From assembly GCA_964401045.1 (NCBI GenBank), contig CAYNXB010000001.1, positions 2,518-66,517 of the forward strand: a stretch of DNA of 64,000 bases, read 5' to 3'. Positions within the stretch are counted from its first letter, which is position 1. Every line of letters begins with the position of its first letter. Shown here in pieces: positions 46,318-55,022 of the stretch. The notes under the pieces are model-generated. The model did no database searches. It saw nothing but the letters and a program-made list of their open reading frames with translations, and was not told the origin of the DNA. The position numbers and the translations under genes were made by a program. Source of the stretch: an uncultured Sphingomonadaceae bacterium (GTDB lineage Bacteria; Pseudomonadota; Alphaproteobacteria; Sphingomonadales; Sphingomonadaceae).

Positions 46318-46762
46318 CGTATCAACGTCCTTTGCGGTGATCGGAGGGAGGACTAGTCTCTTGTCCGGCGTCGCGCATCTTCCGGCCCGTCTGGTTGCCC
46401 GCCGCGACCGCACGATCCGGTACGCCTTAGGGGGCTAATCGATGAAATATCTTAGCCCGATCGCATCGCGCTTTCCATCCGACATCTATGGTCTGAATCC
46501 GGCCGACTTGCGGCCGGCGCGTTCCGACATCTGGAGTCGATAGCGTGGCGTACCCGTCGATCGAGCGCCGGCACGACTTGTCTCGACGAACGCGGAGTGC
46601 CGCGCGGTCCGCTGAGCGACCCGGTGCTGGCGGTGGCCAGGAAAGCTCCTGCGTGGTTCGGCACGGAAGTTCCGGCATGGCTCGGCGCACGTGCGCCCGG
46701 CCGTCCGCCTGCCCTCAAGGCGAAGAATCGATCTGCCCGCAATCGAGAATGGAGTTCGCGTA

Positions 46763-47407
46763 ATGACTGGCGCGGTTGCCACAGAAGCCGAACCCCTGAT
46801 TGTGGTCGTGGACGATGATACGATGGTGCGCGATTCGATCAGCGAACTCCTGCAGTCGGTGGGGATCGACGTCATCGGGTTCGGATCGACCCGTGAACTG
46901 CTCGAAGCCGACTTGCCGGCGCGGCCCGGCTGCATCGTCCTCGACGTGCGCATGCCGGGTTCCAGCGGGCTCGACCTTCAGCAACACCTCGCCGCGTCCG
47001 GTAATCCGAAGCCGCTCATATTTCTGACCGGGCACGGCGATATCCCCATGTCGGTGCAGGCAATGAAGGGCGGCGCCCTCGACTTTCTGACCAAGCCTTT
47101 TCGCGACCAGGTGCTGCTCGATGCCGTGGCTGCAGGGATCGAGCGCGACATTGAGCAACAGGCCACCGCACGCGTGGTCGCGAGCTATTCGAGCCGGCAC
47201 GCGAGCCTGACGCCGCGTGAACGCGAGGTCCTGCGCGAGGTTGTTCGCGGTCGCCTGAACAAGCAGATCGCGTTCGAACTGGGCATCAGCGAAGTCACCG
47301 TGAAGCTTCACCGCAGCAGTGTGATGAAGAAAATGGAAGCGCGAACGGTCGGAGAACTCATCCGGGCCTGGGATATGCTCCCGCCGGAGCTGCAGGCGGC
47401 GGCCTAG
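46763..47407 (+). CDS. FixJ-family response regulator (REC + LuxR-type HTH), third copy
   Basis: GGAG RBS and ATG 46763. It has IVVVDDD, CIVLDVRMPGSSG, IFLTGHGD and FLTKPF, with the HTH TPREREVLREVVRGRLNKQIAFELGISEVTVKLHR. Confidence 0.88.
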   Translation: MTGAVATEAEPLIVVVDDDTMVRDSISELLQSVGIDVIGFGSTRELLEADLPARPGCIVLDVRMPGSSGLDLQQHLAASGNPKPLIFLTGHGDIPMSVQAMKGGALDFLTKPFRDQVLLDAVAAGIERDIEQQATARVVASYSSRHASLTPREREVLREVVRGRLNKQIAFELGISEVTVKLHRSSVMKKMEARTVGELIRAWDMLPPELQAAA

Positions 47408-47489
47408 ACCATGGTATGGTTACGTTCCGGCCCGATCTCGGCGAGACTCGACCTTGGCCGACGCTGTCGGATTATCAAGGACGAGGCTG

Positions 47490-47885
47490 TTGTCGCAAAA
47501 TCAGGTGGTTGCCATCGTGGATGACGATCGGTCCGTGCGCGAGGCGCTGGCCGATCTTCTCCAGGTCGAGGGGTATCCCACGCGTCTTTACGAACACGGC
47601 GCCGCGCTGCTCGCCGATGCCGGCTTCGATGAAATCGGCTGCGTGATCACCGATGTCCGGATGCCCGGGTTGAACGGCCTGGATCTGCAACGCCGGCTGC
47701 GAGCGCGGAAGCCCTCCTTGCCGGTCATTTTTCTGACGTCGTCGGAAGATGAGGGCTTGCGCGCCAGAGCATTGGCCGACGGCGCGTTGGCGTGGTTTAC
47801 CAAGCCGGTTTCCGACGATGAGCTGTTGGAAAGCTTGAGACGGCCACTGCACGGATCTGCGCCCGCCACTCCGATGGAAAGATGA
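47490..47885 (+). CDS. single-domain response regulator
   Basis: TTG 47490 follows AAGGACGAGG (the track start TTG 47454 is the alternative). It has VAIVDDD, CVITDVRMPGLNG, IFLTSS and FTKP. Confidence 0.78.
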   Translation: MSQNQVVAIVDDDRSVREALADLLQVEGYPTRLYEHGAALLADAGFDEIGCVITDVRMPGLNGLDLQRRLRARKPSLPVIFLTSSEDEGLRARALADGALAWFTKPVSDDELLESLRRPLHGSAPATPMER

Positions 47886-47886
47886 C

Positions 47887-49614
47887 GTGAGCTCCGCGGC
47901 CCCACAGATGTTGAACGATGCCGACGGTGAAGCGCTTGCCCCGGAGCGGCACGGTCCGCTCCTGCCACGGTTCGAAGATGCGGCTCACGCCCACATGGAC
48001 CGCGACACGACCGCCTGGTGGGCGCTCGACGTTTCGGCTGCACGCGAAATCATGAAGCGAGTCGCGGGTGGCGACGCGCCCGCGGACTGGGTCTTGCCGT
48101 TTTTGCGGCAAGTCCGGATTGTCGAAGTCGACCTGAACGTCGTCCACGCAGTGGCGCCTTACGGCGGCGGCAAGCGCGACATGATCGGCCGCGCGATCTC
48201 GGAATTCTGGCCAGCCGAAAGCTGGCAGATGCTGGCGGAAGTGATCCTCGCGGCCGCTGCCGGCTTCCCCGCGGGCTCGCCGCCTTCCCGCGACATCTCT
48301 TCGCTCGCCTTCTCCCACGCGACGGTAAATGCCTCGGTCGATGAGGCCGGGGGCAAATCGGATATCGTCTTCATCTCCGCCGGGGGTGTGGTTACTGACA
48401 AGCGTTCGCTGTGGACTCTGAGGGCATCCGAACTTCGCTACAGCAACCTCATTCATCATTTGCCGTTTGCCTTGTTGCAGGTCGATTCGACCGCGATGCT
48501 GCCGATATTCGAGCGGCTTCATAGCAAGGGCGTCTCGGACGTGGTCGCTTACATCGAGTCGGCGGGCGAGCTTCCGATCCAGTCCCGCCAAATCGTGCGG
48601 GTGACCGATGCCAACATCAATGCGGTCGAGCTCTTCGGCGCCCATGGCAAGGAGGAGTTGCTCGCTCCGGTCGACTATGTGTTCGCGGCAGCGCCGGAGA
48701 CCGCGAAACGAGTCATTCGGGCCCATTTCGAAGGCCGCAGAAGTTACGCCGAAGTAATGAAATTGCGGCGGCTCGACGGACGACTCATCGATGTGGAGAT
48801 CGGCGTCACCTACCCCACACCGCCGGAGCGGCTGGAGGTGACGCTCATCACCCTGACTGATGTCTCCGAGCGCTTGCGGACCGAAGCACAGCTGCGTCAA
48901 CTGCAGGCCGATTACGCGCGTGCCGCGCGCATTTCGATGCTTGGCGAACTGGCGACCTCGATCGCGCACGAAGTCAACCAGCCACTGTCGGCCATCGTTA
49001 CCAACGCAGAAACAAGCATGCGCTGGATGAATCGGGACGTACCCAATCTCGCGAAAGTGAAGGAGCTGACCGGGCGGATTGCCGAAGGCGGGCGCCATGC
49101 CAGCGACATCATCAAGCGCATCCGCGCAATGGCTGCGCGCCGCGCGCTGGAACCCGCGCTGCTCGATCTGGGGGAAGTCGTTGCCGAAGCGCTCCACTTC
49201 GTACGCCACGATTTTGAAACGCGCTCGATTGCCCTGTCGATCGACGTTGCAGGCAACCTGCCGCGCGTCATGGGCGACCGGGTCCAGCTGCAGCAAGTGA
49301 TCGTTAACCTGCTGATCAACGCGCAGCAGGCGCTTGCGCCCCACGACGAGGACCGCCTGATCGAGATCGGCATGCGCCGAACCGAACCCGACACCGTCAC
49401 CATATCGGTCGAGGACAATGGCCCGGGCATCGCGGAAGCCGACCTCCAGCGCCTGTTCGACAGTTTCTTCACCACCAAGCACGATGGAGTCGGGATCGGC
49501 CTGGCGATATGTCAGTCGATTATTGCCGCGCACGGTGGCACCATTTCCGCGCGAAACCGGCCGCAGGGCGGGGCCGCCTTCAGCTTCACGCTGCCCATCG
49601 CTCCCGAACAGTAA
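47887..49614 (+). CDS. cytoplasmic PAS-domain sensor histidine kinase (FixL-type HisKA/HATPase core)
   Basis: GTG 47887 lies 1 nt after the receiver stop. No TM segment is present. A PAS-like N-terminal half is followed by H-box IAHEVNQPLSAI, N-box LLINAQQA and G-boxes DNGPGI / GVGIGL. Confidence 0.85.
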   Translation: MSSAAPQMLNDADGEALAPERHGPLLPRFEDAAHAHMDRDTTAWWALDVSAAREIMKRVAGGDAPADWVLPFLRQVRIVEVDLNVVHAVAPYGGGKRDMIGRAISEFWPAESWQMLAEVILAAAAGFPAGSPPSRDISSLAFSHATVNASVDEAGGKSDIVFISAGGVVTDKRSLWTLRASELRYSNLIHHLPFALLQVDSTAMLPIFERLHSKGVSDVVAYIESAGELPIQSRQIVRVTDANINAVELFGAHGKEELLAPVDYVFAAAPETAKRVIRAHFEGRRSYAEVMKLRRLDGRLIDVEIGVTYPTPPERLEVTLITLTDVSERLRTEAQLRQLQADYARAARISMLGELATSIAHEVNQPLSAIVTNAETSMRWMNRDVPNLAKVKELTGRIAEGGRHASDIIKRIRAMAARRALEPALLDLGEVVAEALHFVRHDFETRSIALSIDVAGNLPRVMGDRVQLQQVIVNLLINAQQALAPHDEDRLIEIGMRRTEPDTVTISVEDNGPGIAEADLQRLFDSFFTTKHDGVGIGLAICQSIIAAHGGTISARNRPQGGAAFSFTLPIAPEQ

Positions 49615-49838
49615 GCGGACCCGTCCCGGGGCCGGCCCCCGCGTGTCTTCAGATACCAGTGCGCTGCCGCGTGCCCCGAGCCGCGTTTTCTCCCAAACGC
49701 ACCGATCGGGAGGGCTACCCTGAACCTTGGGTGAGGATGCCCGAGCCATTCGCCAGCCTGGCCCAACCCTGAGGCTGATAGCGCCGCGCCGAACTCGGGA
49801 GGATGATCCGTCCAGTTGCCCGGCATGGAGGAACGGCG

Positions 49839-50591
49839 ATGCGAGTTGTGGTCATAGGCGGTACCGGCCTGGTCGGTGCGAAGCTTGTCGAATACCTCGA
49901 GGGTCGCGGGCATCATCCGGTTGTGGCGGCCCGTTCAACCGGTGTCGATATCTCGACCGGCAAGGGGTTGAGCGCAGCGCTCGAAGGCGCCGAGGCCGTC
50001 GTCGATGTATCCAATTCGGGTTATCACGATGCCCCGGGCATGGAAGCCTTCTTCGAGGTCGCGGGCGCGCACCTGACGGCAGCCGAGCGCGCCAGCGAGA
50101 TCCGCCACCACGTCGTGCTCTCCGCAATAGGCGCCGATCGCCTCGACAGCGGCTTCTTTCGCGCGAAGTGCCGGCAGGAGGAGATCGTCGCGGACTCGGG
50201 CGTTCCGTTCACAATCGTCCGCTCTGCGCCGCTGTTCGAATACATCTACGGCATCGTCGACACCGTTAGCGACGGCGCCGCCGTTCGGGTTCCCCCGGTG
50301 CGCATGCAGCCGATCGCCGCGGAGGATGTCGCGCGTGCGCTGGCGGGCATCGTACCGGGACGGGGTGCCGGTTCAGTGATCGAGCTGGTGGGCCCCGACA
50401 CCGTGCGCCTGCCCGATCTCGCGGCGGAGATCCTCGCCGCGAACGAGGACAATCGCCGGGTCATCGTCGATCCCGAGATTCCCTACTTCGGCGCGCGGAT
50501 TGCCGAGGAACCCCTGATCGGCGGCGCGCACCCGCGCTTCGCCTCGACCTCCTTCGACGACTGGCTGCGCAGGTCGCTGGCGGTTGTCTGA
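49839..50591 (+). CDS. NmrA-like / atypical SDR NAD(P)H-binding protein
   Basis: GGAGGAACGGCG RBS and ATG 49839. It has VVIGGTGLVGAKL and FFRAKCRQEEIV...PFTIVRSAPLFE. Confidence 0.82.
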   Translation: MRVVVIGGTGLVGAKLVEYLEGRGHHPVVAARSTGVDISTGKGLSAALEGAEAVVDVSNSGYHDAPGMEAFFEVAGAHLTAAERASEIRHHVVLSAIGADRLDSGFFRAKCRQEEIVADSGVPFTIVRSAPLFEYIYGIVDTVSDGAAVRVPPVRMQPIAAEDVARALAGIVPGRGAGSVIELVGPDTVRLPDLAAEILAANEDNRRVIVDPEIPYFGARIAEEPLIGGAHPRFASTSFDDWLRRSLAVV

Positions 50592-50626
50592 ACTTACATA
50601 ACGCAATGAGAATGAAAGGATAAGTC

Positions 50627-51391
50627 ATGTTTCAGATCGCGGTGATAGGTGGGACGGGGCTGATTGGCTCCAAGGTGGTCGATGAGTTGCGCAAGCGTGG
50701 CCACGAGGCGATCGCGGCCGCTCCCAGCACGGGTGTCGATACAATCACCGGCATGGGGCTGGACGATCTCCTGGCAAGCACCGAGATCGTCGTCGACGTC
50801 TCCAATTCGCCGTCGTTCGACGACCAGCCGGCAATGGATTTCTTCACCACCGGCGGACGCAAGATCGCCGAGGCAGAGGTCCGGGCCGGCGTGCGCCATC
50901 ACGTGGCGCTGTCGGTTGTCGGGATCGAGCAGATGCAGGCCAGCGGCTATTTCCGGGCCAAGCTGGCACAGGAACGGCTGATCGCCGAGGCCGGTGTTCC
51001 TTACACGATTGTGCGCGCCACGCAGTTTTTCGAGTTCCTGCGGGCCATCGCCAACTTCTCGACCGTTGACGGGGCCGTGCGGCTGCCGCCCGTGGGCTTT
51101 CGCCCGATGGCGGCGCAGGACATCGCGCTGGCCGTGGCCGAAGCCGCGCTCGGCAATCCCCGGAACGGTGTCGTCGAGATCGGCGGGCCGGAGATGTTCA
51201 CCCTCGACCAGCCAGTGCGCCAGGTACTCGGCCGCGACGGCGATCCCCGCGAGGTCGTGGCCGACCCTGCGGCTCCCTATTTCGGCATCGAGGTCGATCA
51301 GACCACGCTGGTGCCGCGATCCGCCGCCCATCTCGGGGCGACCACGCTCGAGTGGTGGATCGATCACGTTCCGCCACCGCCCGCGCGGTGA
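50627..51391 (+). CDS. NmrA-like / atypical SDR NAD(P)H-binding protein (tandem paralog)
   Basis: AVIGGTGLIGSKV, YFRAKLAQERLI...PYTIVRATQFFE. It is collinear with the preceding gene. Confidence 0.82.
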   Translation: MFQIAVIGGTGLIGSKVVDELRKRGHEAIAAAPSTGVDTITGMGLDDLLASTEIVVDVSNSPSFDDQPAMDFFTTGGRKIAEAEVRAGVRHHVALSVVGIEQMQASGYFRAKLAQERLIAEAGVPYTIVRATQFFEFLRAIANFSTVDGAVRLPPVGFRPMAAQDIALAVAEAALGNPRNGVVEIGGPEMFTLDQPVRQVLGRDGDPREVVADPAAPYFGIEVDQTTLVPRSAAHLGATTLEWWIDHVPPPPAR

Positions 51392-51422
51392 AATTGGGCA
51401 AGAAACGCCAGGAGTTCGAAAA

Positions 51423-51857
51423 ATGACCGAACGGCTATGCTTGTGGACGGCTGCCCTGCTGGGCGTCGGCGCGCTGGCAAATGGAATTTTCATGCTGGTT
51501 TCTCCGGCGGACTGGTACTTCGCGGTTCCCGGCGTCACCACCACGGGGCCCTTCAACCAGCACTTCCTGCGCGACATCGGGCTGATCTTCCTGTTAGCCG
51601 GGCTGGCCTTCCTGATCGGCGCCGCGCTGTCGCCGGTTCGCGTCATGCTGTGGGGTGCCGCGTCGCTCTGGCTCTCCGCGCATGCCCTGTTCCATTTCTG
51701 GGAAGTCGCGGTCGGTATTTGCGGACCATCGGCGCTGATGCGCGATTTCGCCGCGGTGACCCTGCCGGCGATCCTTGGCCTCTTGCTGACGGGATGGGCC
51801 GCACTTCGCGAGCGTGGTGAGCGCAGTGGCTTGGCACAAGGCGGGAGGCTGTCATGA
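51423..51857 (+). CDS. small integral membrane protein (4 predicted TM helices)
   Basis: CAGGAG RBS and ATG 51423; 144 aa. Its stop overlaps the start of the downstream kinase (ATGA at 51854-51857). The upstream part of track ORF 50994.. overlaps the NmrA-like gene and is rejected. Confidence 0.65.
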   Translation: MTERLCLWTAALLGVGALANGIFMLVSPADWYFAVPGVTTTGPFNQHFLRDIGLIFLLAGLAFLIGAALSPVRVMLWGAASLWLSAHALFHFWEVAVGICGPSALMRDFAAVTLPAILGLLLTGWAALRERGERSGLAQGGRLS

Positions 51858-52690
51858 CGCTGGAAGTCTACGTGACGGACCGATCGGCTGCCAATCACGC
51901 CAGCGCTCTCGATTCCGCGGGCGGGGCCGGGCGAGCGTCTGTCGAGTTCGCCGGGGTGGTCCACGACCTGGGCAACCTCATCCAGATCGCCTCCTCGGTG
52001 CTCAGCATCGTCTCGCGCAGCCCCGACATGCCGCCCGGCCGCCGCGATCCCATGCTGATCAAGGCCAGTGCGTCGCTCGATCATGCCGGCCGGCTCGTTC
52101 GCCAGACGCTGCGCGTCGCACGCAGCAGTGCGGCAGAACTGCACTTCGTCAGCGTGGCCGGCTGCCTGTTCGACATCCGCTCGCTGATCGAGGATTTGTG
52201 GGGACCGACGTTCCGGCTCGACATCTGGATCGAGGTCAACCTGCCCAAGGTGCGCTGCGATCCGCTCGCGTTGCAGAACGCCATTCTGAACCTGGTCTAC
52301 AACGCCCGCGACGCGATGGCGGATGGCGGTGCCGTCACCATTCGCGCCGCACGAAACGTGCACGGCGATGCGGGTGACATGGTCGAGATCGGCGTGGCCG
52401 ACCAGGGCGTAGGCATGTCTCCCGAGACGATCGCGCGAGCGTTCGAGCCGTTCTTCACCACCAAGAGCGGGGGCCTGGGCGGGGTCGGCCTGCCGATGGT
52501 CGAACGCTTCGTGCGCGGCGCCGGTGGCGAGATCGGCGTCGAGAGCGAACTGGGGGCCGGGACGACGGTCACCATGCGCCTGCCGGCCGTCCTGCCGGAG
52601 CCGGGAGACGACGATGCAATTCCGCAAGCCCCCGACGACGCCGGCAAACTGCCGAGCGCGCCATGGGATTCATTCGCAACGGGAGAATAG
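51854..52690 (+). CDS. histidine kinase without recognisable sensor or TM domain
   Basis: 278 aa. A ~30-aa N-terminus is followed by H-box FAGVVHDLGNLIQ, N-box LNLVYNARDAM and G-boxes DQGVGM / GGLGGVGL. Confidence 0.8.
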   Translation: MTLEVYVTDRSAANHASALDSAGGAGRASVEFAGVVHDLGNLIQIASSVLSIVSRSPDMPPGRRDPMLIKASASLDHAGRLVRQTLRVARSSAAELHFVSVAGCLFDIRSLIEDLWGPTFRLDIWIEVNLPKVRCDPLALQNAILNLVYNARDAMADGGAVTIRAARNVHGDAGDMVEIGVADQGVGMSPETIARAFEPFFTTKSGGLGGVGLPMVERFVRGAGGEIGVESELGAGTTVTMRLPAVLPEPGDDDAIPQAPDDAGKLPSAPWDSFATGE

Positions 52691-52694
52691 ACCG

Positions 52695-53285
52695 ATGAAA
52701 CTCTACTACGCGCACGGCGCCTGCAGCCTGTCCAACCGCATCTCGCTTCACGAAGCAGGCATCCCGTTCACCGACGAAAGCGTCGACCTGAAGACCGGGC
52801 TCACCCAGACCGGACGGACATTCCGCGAACTCAGCCCGAAGGGTTACGTCCCCCTCCTGGTGCTGGAAGACGGCCAGACCATCACCGAGAACATCGCCGT
52901 CCTCTCGCTGATCGCCGATCGGGCCCCGCAACTGCTGCCCGATGGCGAACTGGGGCGGGTCCGCATGCTTGAGGCGCTGTCGTTCATTTCAAGCGAGCTG
53001 CACATCGCCTTCAAGCCACTGTTTCACCGCGCGGCGGATCATGACCAGGATCTGGCGCGCGACCGCATCGCCGGACTCCTGCGCCTCGTCGCGGACGACA
53101 TGCCCGGCGAATACCTCCTCGGGGGGCGTTTCACCGCGGCGGATGCCTATCTGTTCGTGATCCTGCTCTGGGCCCGCAAGTTCGACGTTCCCCTCCCGCC
53201 GAAGCTCATCGCCTATATCGAGCGCGTCGCGGCACGGCCATCGGTCCGCCAGGCGCTGCGCGACGAGGGGCTCGTGGCGGACTAG
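52695..53285 (+). CDS. glutathione S-transferase (beta-class-like)
   Basis: ATG 52695 (MKLYYAHGACSLSNRISLHEAG) gives the thioredoxin-like N-domain, followed by a helical C-domain. Confidence 0.88.
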   Translation: MKLYYAHGACSLSNRISLHEAGIPFTDESVDLKTGLTQTGRTFRELSPKGYVPLLVLEDGQTITENIAVLSLIADRAPQLLPDGELGRVRMLEALSFISSELHIAFKPLFHRAADHDQDLARDRIAGLLRLVADDMPGEYLLGGRFTAADAYLFVILLWARKFDVPLPPKLIAYIERVAARPSVRQALRDEGLVAD

Positions 53286-53485
53286 GATCGGGCTGCCCGG
53301 CGAAGGTGGCTGTCACGCGCTTCGCCGACAGATTGCGCTGCCCGACCTGCACCTTGGAACAGGGGGCACCCGCCAATCGCGAGTTCGAATCATTCTTCCG
53401 GACAATAGCGGCGATCGCGGGCGGCGCCGATGTTGTTGGCCAACGAGGCGAAATCCGATCTTTCCGTCCCTTCATGGAGCCTGTC

Positions 53486-54271
53486 ATGCGCAAAGTCCTT
53501 ACCTTCTCGCTTGCTTTCCTGGCGCTTGCCTCATCCGGCATCGCTTCCGCACAGAGTACCGTCGAAGCGGGAGAGACGACTGTCGTGCTGGTGCATGGCG
53601 CATTTGCCGAGTCCTCGAGCTGGGGACCGGTCATCTCGCGGCTGGAAGGCGACGGCTACCGCGTCATCGCCGCGGCCAATCCATTGCGCGGTGTCGCCAG
53701 CGACGCGGCGTCGGTGGCTGCCGTCGTGAGATCGATCGAAGGGCCGGTGGTGCTGGTGGGCCATTCGTACGGCGGGCCCGTGATCACCGCGGCCGCCGCC
53801 GGCAGCGCGAACGTCAAAGCGCTGGTCTATGTGGCCGCCTTCGCGCCCGACAGCGGCGAATCCAGCTTCATGCTTTCCGCGAAGTTCCCCGGAAGCACGC
53901 TGGGGGACACCCTGGTCAGCGTGCCGCTGCCTGATGGCGCCGAGGATTTGTACATCCGCCCGGAGAGTTTCCACGCCCAGTTCGCGGCGGATGTGCCGGA
54001 GGCCGAGGCGGCGGTCATGGCGGCCACCCAGCGCCCGGTGACCATGTCGGCACTGCAGGAGGCGTCCGGCAAGCCCGCCTGGAAGACGATACCATCGTAC
54101 ATGATCTACGGTACGCTGGACCGCAACATTCCGCCTGCGGTCATGCAGTTCATGGCAGAACGCGCTGGTGCCCGAAGGACGGTCGTGGTCGAGGGCGCAT
54201 CGCATGCGCTGATGGTCTCCCATCCCGAGAGCGTCGCCAGCATCATCGAGGACGCGGTGGCCGGCAGATGA
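53486..54271 (+). CDS. secreted alpha/beta hydrolase
   Basis: GGAG RBS and ATG 53486. Signal peptide MRKVLTFSLAFLALASSGIASA, nucleophile elbow GHSYGG and a C-terminal ...GASHALM His region are present. Confidence 0.85.
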   Translation: MRKVLTFSLAFLALASSGIASAQSTVEAGETTVVLVHGAFAESSSWGPVISRLEGDGYRVIAAANPLRGVASDAASVAAVVRSIEGPVVLVGHSYGGPVITAAAAGSANVKALVYVAAFAPDSGESSFMLSAKFPGSTLGDTLVSVPLPDGAEDLYIRPESFHAQFAADVPEAEAAVMAATQRPVTMSALQEASGKPAWKTIPSYMIYGTLDRNIPPAVMQFMAERAGARRTVVVEGASHALMVSHPESVASIIEDAVAGR

Positions 54272-54294
54272 CGCCCGTGGCCGCCTTGTCGCCG

Positions 54295-54927
54295 CTAACC
54301 GCCGCCGGTGCCGGGAACGAGGCCGTGGAGGAACAGATCGACAGCCGAGCCGACGATCGCCTGCGTTTCACGGGCATCGGGCGGCGGGCGCAGTCCGAGC
54401 AGGACTTGCAGGTGAAGATTGCCGCGGATCATGCCGGCGAAGTGATCCGCTGCCGCGGCGCAATCGGTGACGCGGATGTCGCCGCGCCGTCGCGCGTCTT
54501 CCAGGAATTCGGCAAGTCGCGCGCTCGCCCGCCCCGGACCAAGTTCGTAGAATTCCCGCACGAGCTGGGGGAACCGGCTGCCCTCGGTAACTCCGGTGCG
54601 GTAGACCGTGAGCAGGGCGGGCGACATCACGATGTCCATCAGCCGGCACCCGAACGCCATCAGGGTGCCGCGCAGGTCGCGGATCTCGCAATCCTCGACG
54701 GCAAGGGCCGTCAGCGCCTGTTCGGCATGCCGGGTCACGATGGCGGCGAACAAGCCCTCCTTGCTGCCGAACTCACTGTAGATGTTGCGCTTCGATCCGC
54801 CCGCCCGCTCGATGATCGCATCGATGCTGGTCGCCGCGTAGCCCAGCTCGAAAAACAGGTCGGCTGCAGCCGCGAGCAGCGCGTCCCGCTCGACCTTCTT
54901 GCGCGCACCGCGAACTGTGTCCTGCAT
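54295..54927 (-). CDS. TetR/AcrR family transcriptional regulator
   Basis: ATG 54927. The HTH is AAAADLFFELGYAATSIDAIIERAGGSKRNIYSEF. It is divergent from the efflux operon. Confidence 0.9.
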   Translation of the reverse strand: MQDTVRGARKKVERDALLAAAADLFFELGYAATSIDAIIERAGGSKRNIYSEFGSKEGLFAAIVTRHAEQALTALAVEDCEIRDLRGTLMAFGCRLMDIVMSPALLTVYRTGVTEGSRFPQLVREFYELGPGRASARLAEFLEDARRRGDIRVTDCAAAADHFAGMIRGNLHLQVLLGLRPPPDARETQAIVGSAVDLFLHGLVPGTGGG

Positions 54928-54964
54928 GACCGGGCGCCTCGTCTTACACTTTCGGATAGTTGAC

Positions 54965-55009
54965 CGGTAACGGATATTACCGTATTCGTCAACGGTAACA
55001 AAAATTACC
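54965..55009. promoter_or_regulatory. two palindromic operators CGGTAA-N6-TTACCG and GGTAA-N6-TTACC (candidate TetR sites)
   Basis: CGGTAACGGATATTACCG (54965-54982) and GGTAACAAAAATTACC (54994-55009) lie in the 95-bp tetR / emrA-like divergent region. Confidence 0.55.
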
Positions 55010-55022
55010 ATAGGGGGCTGTC

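Noticed and set aside
46404-46412. CGACCGCAC, a 9-nt match to the 3' acceptor end of tRNA-Leu, considered as a possible attR marking the end of an island.
   Set aside because: A 9-mer is expected by chance about once in a 64-kb GC-rich window on two strands. The match does not extend, and no integrase is nearby.
54965-54982. The TetR operator region (AACGGATATTACCGTATT) resembles the 18-bp box at about 12 of 18 positions.
   Set aside because: It lacks the invariant T11, it is part of a clear palindrome duplicated 29 bp away, and it sits in a classic TetR divergent promoter far from the stress block. It is treated as coincidental.
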